The position numbers and the translations under genes were made by a program. A stretch of 63,984 nucleotides of DNA, counting the filler, from Candidatus Babelota bacterium (GTDB taxonomy: Bacteria; JAGOBX01), in the NCBI GenBank assembly GCA_017999075.1. It is 10 parts of 10 records of this genome, joined end to end, with 100 filler letters (N's around TTAATTAATTAA, not from the genome) between each part and the next. Parts side by side here need not be neighbours in the genome. Positions count along the whole stretch, not along the records: positions 59,753 to 63,984 come from JAGOBX010000371.1; 9 more parts are not named here. One strand, 5' to 3'. Numbering within the stretch: the stretch's first letter is position 1; every line of letters starts with the position of its first letter. The notes beneath the pieces were generated by a model. That model saw only the letters and a list, made by a program, of their open reading frames with translations. It was not told the origin of the DNA and did no database searches. Of the stretch, positions 61,205 to 63,984 are shown in pieces.

Positions 61205-63628
61205 CTACCAAATATAATTCATATAAATATAATTTATAGGCGATTCAAGGAGATATGATAGAATAGAAACCTTATCTCCTTTAATTCTTCCGTTCCCAGC
61301 CATAGATATACGTAATTTTTCATTTTTATTTTCAATTGAAAAATAAGCAGGATAGTAATTTAGTTTAGAAATTTCATTTTTTTCAGATTCTACACTTACA
61401 TATTCAATTTTTCCGTTGATTATGTCCAAAGGAAACGCAGGAAATTTAACATTAATTTCCATTCCTTTTCTTATTTTGCTTATTTTTTCTTCAGGTATCA
61501 TCAATTTAACCTTAATTTTTTTTAAATCAACTATTTCCGCAAATTTCGAACCACTTGATACATATTGCCCTAATTTTGAACTCGCATCTTTCAGTATAAC
61601 CTGACCTGAAATAGGAGATAAAATCAAAGTTTGTTCTATTTGGTTTTCAATTTCTTTAATATTTTCAATAGTCTGATTAAGTTCTATTTCCTTTGTTTCA
61701 AGTTCCAGCAACAAATTTTTTGTTTTAAATTTTAATATATCTTTTTCGGTTAAAACCATTTTATCTTTTAATTTTTGTAATTGAATTTTCAAATCGTTGT
61801 CATTTATTTTCGCTATCGGATCTCCTTTTTTAACAATATCTCCGTCTTTAATAAAAACTTCTTTTAATAATCCTTCAACTTGCGGATATATGAATTTTTT
61901 TGTTAACGGAACTATCTCTGCCGAAGTATTTAAATTGTAATTTATTTTTACAAACCCTGCCGCTATAATCAGAAATATTATAATGGCAGCAACTGCAATT
62001 TTAAATTTAATAGAACGCTTTTTGCCTGATTTATCCTTACTTCCGAACAGATCAAATTTAGGAACAGACCTGTATAATTGAGAATTTCTCAACGATACTG
62101 CAGCCTGATTAAATAATATATCCATAGCCTCTTTTTTATCTTCAGGAAAAACGTTTATCTGACGGCTTTCAAAAATTAATATTCCCAGATTTCCTTCAGA
62201 ATCATTAAGAAGCCGGCAATAAAAAGAGTTTATATTTGCACTATCAAAATATTCTATAAACTGTCCTACAGCAGCAGGCTGTTTTTTATACTCAGAAATA
62301 TCACGAAAATAATTTTCTTTTTTATTTTCAAGTATCATTCCTGATATTGAAACAAGTTTATTCAACGATTTGTTTTCAGAAAAATTTCCCGCCATATCCG
62401 AAACTGCGGCAATTGTATATTTGCCTGGTTTTGATTCTATTAATAAAATTGATCTATCATAATTAAACAATTGTCTTGTCAAATTAACTATAGATACTGA
62501 TACAGAATCTATGTCAAGTGATGAATTGATGTCTTTGCTTATCTGAAGAAGCGCTGACAATTCACCTATTTTTTTTTCTTTTTCAAACATTTTTGCATTT
62601 TTTATTGACATTGATGCTATAGACGTAACACTCTCAAGAAGATCAACTTCATCCCTGTTGAACTTATGCGTTCCTGTTTTTTTGTTTATTGCCTGCACAC
62701 ATCCTATTGCAGACTGATTATCAATTAATGGCATACACAGCATAGAATGAGTTTTGAATCCAGTGTGTTCATCCACCTTTGAAGAAAAACGTTCATCATT
62801 TTCAGCGTCAAGAACAATTTCCATCTTTTTGTTTTCTACAACGCTCCCGACTATTCCTGTTCCTACAGGGAGTTTTACCCCTATAATCTTACCTTTACTT
62901 TCGCCTTCAGCAATTTTACAAATAATTTTTTCAGGTTCTTTCTCATCTATAAGCCATATAGAACCTGCCTCACAATCAAGAGCATCTATAATTTTTTTTA
63001 ACACCATATCAAGAAGAGTTTCAAGCTCAAGAGTTGAATTAAAAGCTCTTGCAAAATCATTCATTATCATTGAACGTTCTTTAAGCCTTGTTTCTAAGTT
63101 ATGAGTTTGAGCATTTACAAGAGATGCGCCTGCATTATCGGCAATAATTTTCAATATATCCATGTCATGATCATTAAATTGGCCATTCTCATTTTTTTTA
63201 TTAAAAATCTCAACAGCACCCAAAGAATTCTTTTCATATACTATAGGAACGCATATTATTGATTTTGTAACAAAACCGCTTTTATCATCAACATTAGATT
63301 GAAATCTCTTATCTTTTGACGTATCGTAAATAATGGTGGGTTTTTTAGTATTAATACACCATCCCACTACTCCTGTTCCATAAGGAATTCTTAAATTCAA
63401 TACTTTCTCCCTAGCAGGACCTATAGCTTCTGTACATACAATTTCTTTAGTATCGTTATCAAGAAGAAAAAAAGTCCCTGCTTCAGCATTGATTTCCTCA
63501 ACTACTTTTATCAATATTTTATTCATAAGAACCTTTAAATTCAAAGTTCCTTGAAACTGTTTAATTATTTCATAAATCAGTTTTAATTTTTTATATTCTG
63601 CAATATCAATTTCATTTTTTTCGGCCAT
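61205..63628 (-). CDS. Triple-GAF domain membrane fusion protein (GAF-GAF-GAF-TM-HlyD)
   Basis: Three GAF repeats (GTGVVGW...TKSIICVPI; GTGIVGS...THSMLCMPL; a third divergent copy), TM helix, then MFP (VEGLLKEVFIKDGD, ILSPISGQV, LRISMAG). Confidence 0.88.
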   Translation of the reverse strand: MAEKNEIDIAEYKKLKLIYEIIKQFQGTLNLKVLMNKILIKVVEEINAEAGTFFLLDNDTKEIVCTEAIGPAREKVLNLRIPYGTGVVGWCINTKKPTIIYDTSKDKRFQSNVDDKSGFVTKSIICVPIVYEKNSLGAVEIFNKKNENGQFNDHDMDILKIIADNAGASLVNAQTHNLETRLKERSMIMNDFARAFNSTLELETLLDMVLKKIIDALDCEAGSIWLIDEKEPEKIICKIAEGESKGKIIGVKLPVGTGIVGSVVENKKMEIVLDAENDERFSSKVDEHTGFKTHSMLCMPLIDNQSAIGCVQAINKKTGTHKFNRDEVDLLESVTSIASMSIKNAKMFEKEKKIGELSALLQISKDINSSLDIDSVSVSIVNLTRQLFNYDRSILLIESKPGKYTIAAVSDMAGNFSENKSLNKLVSISGMILENKKENYFRDISEYKKQPAAVGQFIEYFDSANINSFYCRLLNDSEGNLGILIFESRQINVFPEDKKEAMDILFNQAAVSLRNSQLYRSVPKFDLFGSKDKSGKKRSIKFKIAVAAIIIFLIIAAGFVKINYNLNTSAEIVPLTKKFIYPQVEGLLKEVFIKDGDIVKKGDPIAKINDNDLKIQLQKLKDKMVLTEKDILKFKTKNLLLELETKEIELNQTIENIKEIENQIEQTLILSPISGQVILKDASSKLGQYVSSGSKFAEIVDLKKIKVKLMIPEEKISKIRKGMEINVKFPAFPLDIINGKIEYVSVESEKNEISKLNYYPAYFSIENKNEKLRISMAGNGRIKGDKVSILSYLLESPINYIYMNYIW

Positions 63629-63715
63629 AATTATATTTCCATAAAAATTTATTATTCTATATTTTTTTATATTTTCTCATTTTCACAATTGCCAAACATG
63701 GAAAATGATATTTTA

Positions 63716-63984
63716 TTATTTTGTACTGCTTATCGACTCAGGCAAATAGTATATTCTCCTTAATTTAGACGACTCATTTTTGTACTGAACAATTTTTTCG
63801 ATTTTTTCAATCAATTGAGAAGGCATACGCATTTTCAATTTCAATAATTCAATCTTGTCTATTTTTCCTTCCTTATATTTCAACTCAGCCAATTTTATAT
63901 TACGTTCTGTAACTTCTATCCTTTTAAGAATATTATTATATTCTTGTTCCATTTTTTGAAGATTATTTAATTTTTCAAAAATTT
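63716..63984 (-). CDS. TolC-like outer membrane efflux protein, C-terminal fragment
   Basis: Frame open to the window end; NIKLAELKYKEGKIDKIELL resembles the OEP A...Y..G.....LL pattern; upstream of the MFP genes. Confidence 0.6.
   Translation of the reverse strand, partial: IFEKLNNLQKMEQEYNNILKRIEVTERNIKLAELKYKEGKIDKIELLKLKMRMPSQLIEKIEKIVQYKNESSKLRRIYYLPESISSTK

Noticed and set aside
16156-61207. Genome-wide TAG recoding or pyrrolysine: two genes have in-frame TAGs, my manual tally of gene ends is about 33 TAA, 10 TGA and 1 TAG, and that one TAG (61205-61207) is in frame with the next gene through a second TAG
   Set aside because: The two internal TAGs align to different residues (Trp, Ile) and each has a simple mutational or error explanation. 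The gene after 61205 has its own RBS and signal peptide. TAG is generally scarce in AT-rich genomes, and no pyl genes or suppressor tRNA are visible. A whole-genome codon-reassignment analysis would settle it.
764-63104. Numerous short antisense or overlapping ORFs in the track (e.g. 764-1141, 20701-21015, 25558-26025, 53795-54379, 62754-63104)
   Set aside because: Shadow frames of well-supported genes, with no motifs or independent RBS evidence.

Overview
This window is not one locus. It is a concatenation of about ten unrelated ~6.5 kb contigs from a very AT-rich bacterial draft genome or MAG. They are joined by artificial 100-nt spacers (N44-TTAATTAATTAA-N44) and ordered by decreasing length (6666, 6596, 6520, 6497, 6492, 6473, 6472, 6468 nt), so gene neighbourhoods are meaningful only within a contig. 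The organism looks like a flagellated diderm (TonB/ExbBD, TonB-dependent receptor, TolC-like protein, Wza/Wzc, ADP-heptose epimerase) that also carries T9SS-like CTD/PorV genes. Contig 1: phosphotransferase, PAS histidine kinase, dapA, O-antigen-ligase/TPR protein. Contig 2: cimA, wza, wzc, patB. Contig 3: accessory locus with a 1.2 kb non-coding region ending in a nested multi-stem RNA leader, a secreted tail-fibre-like protein with 378-bp tandem repeats and an internal TAG, an Nmad2-like gene and a Zn-ribbon/OB-fold membrane protein. Contig 4: two short flagellins with a sigma28 promoter and CsrA-type sites, lipoate ligase, ruvC, STAS protein, rfaD. Contig 5: legionaminic-acid-type nonulosonate cluster. 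Contig 6: a >2160-aa beta-propeller/TPR/CHAT protein. Contig 7: T9SS-CTD protein, PorV-like gene, glucosidase, asd. Contig 8: ECF transporter with a TonB-dependent receptor. Contig 9: Yej/Opp ABC transporter whose permease carries a tandem PAS-like insert, plus ExbBD-TonB. Contig 10: TolC-like gene, triple-GAF membrane-fusion protein and two more MFPs. The best candidates for undescribed biology are the structured leader/fibre/Nmad2 locus, the GAF3-MFP secretion module, the PAS-inserted permease and the giant CHAT protein. All family calls are by eye from motifs; no searches were run.
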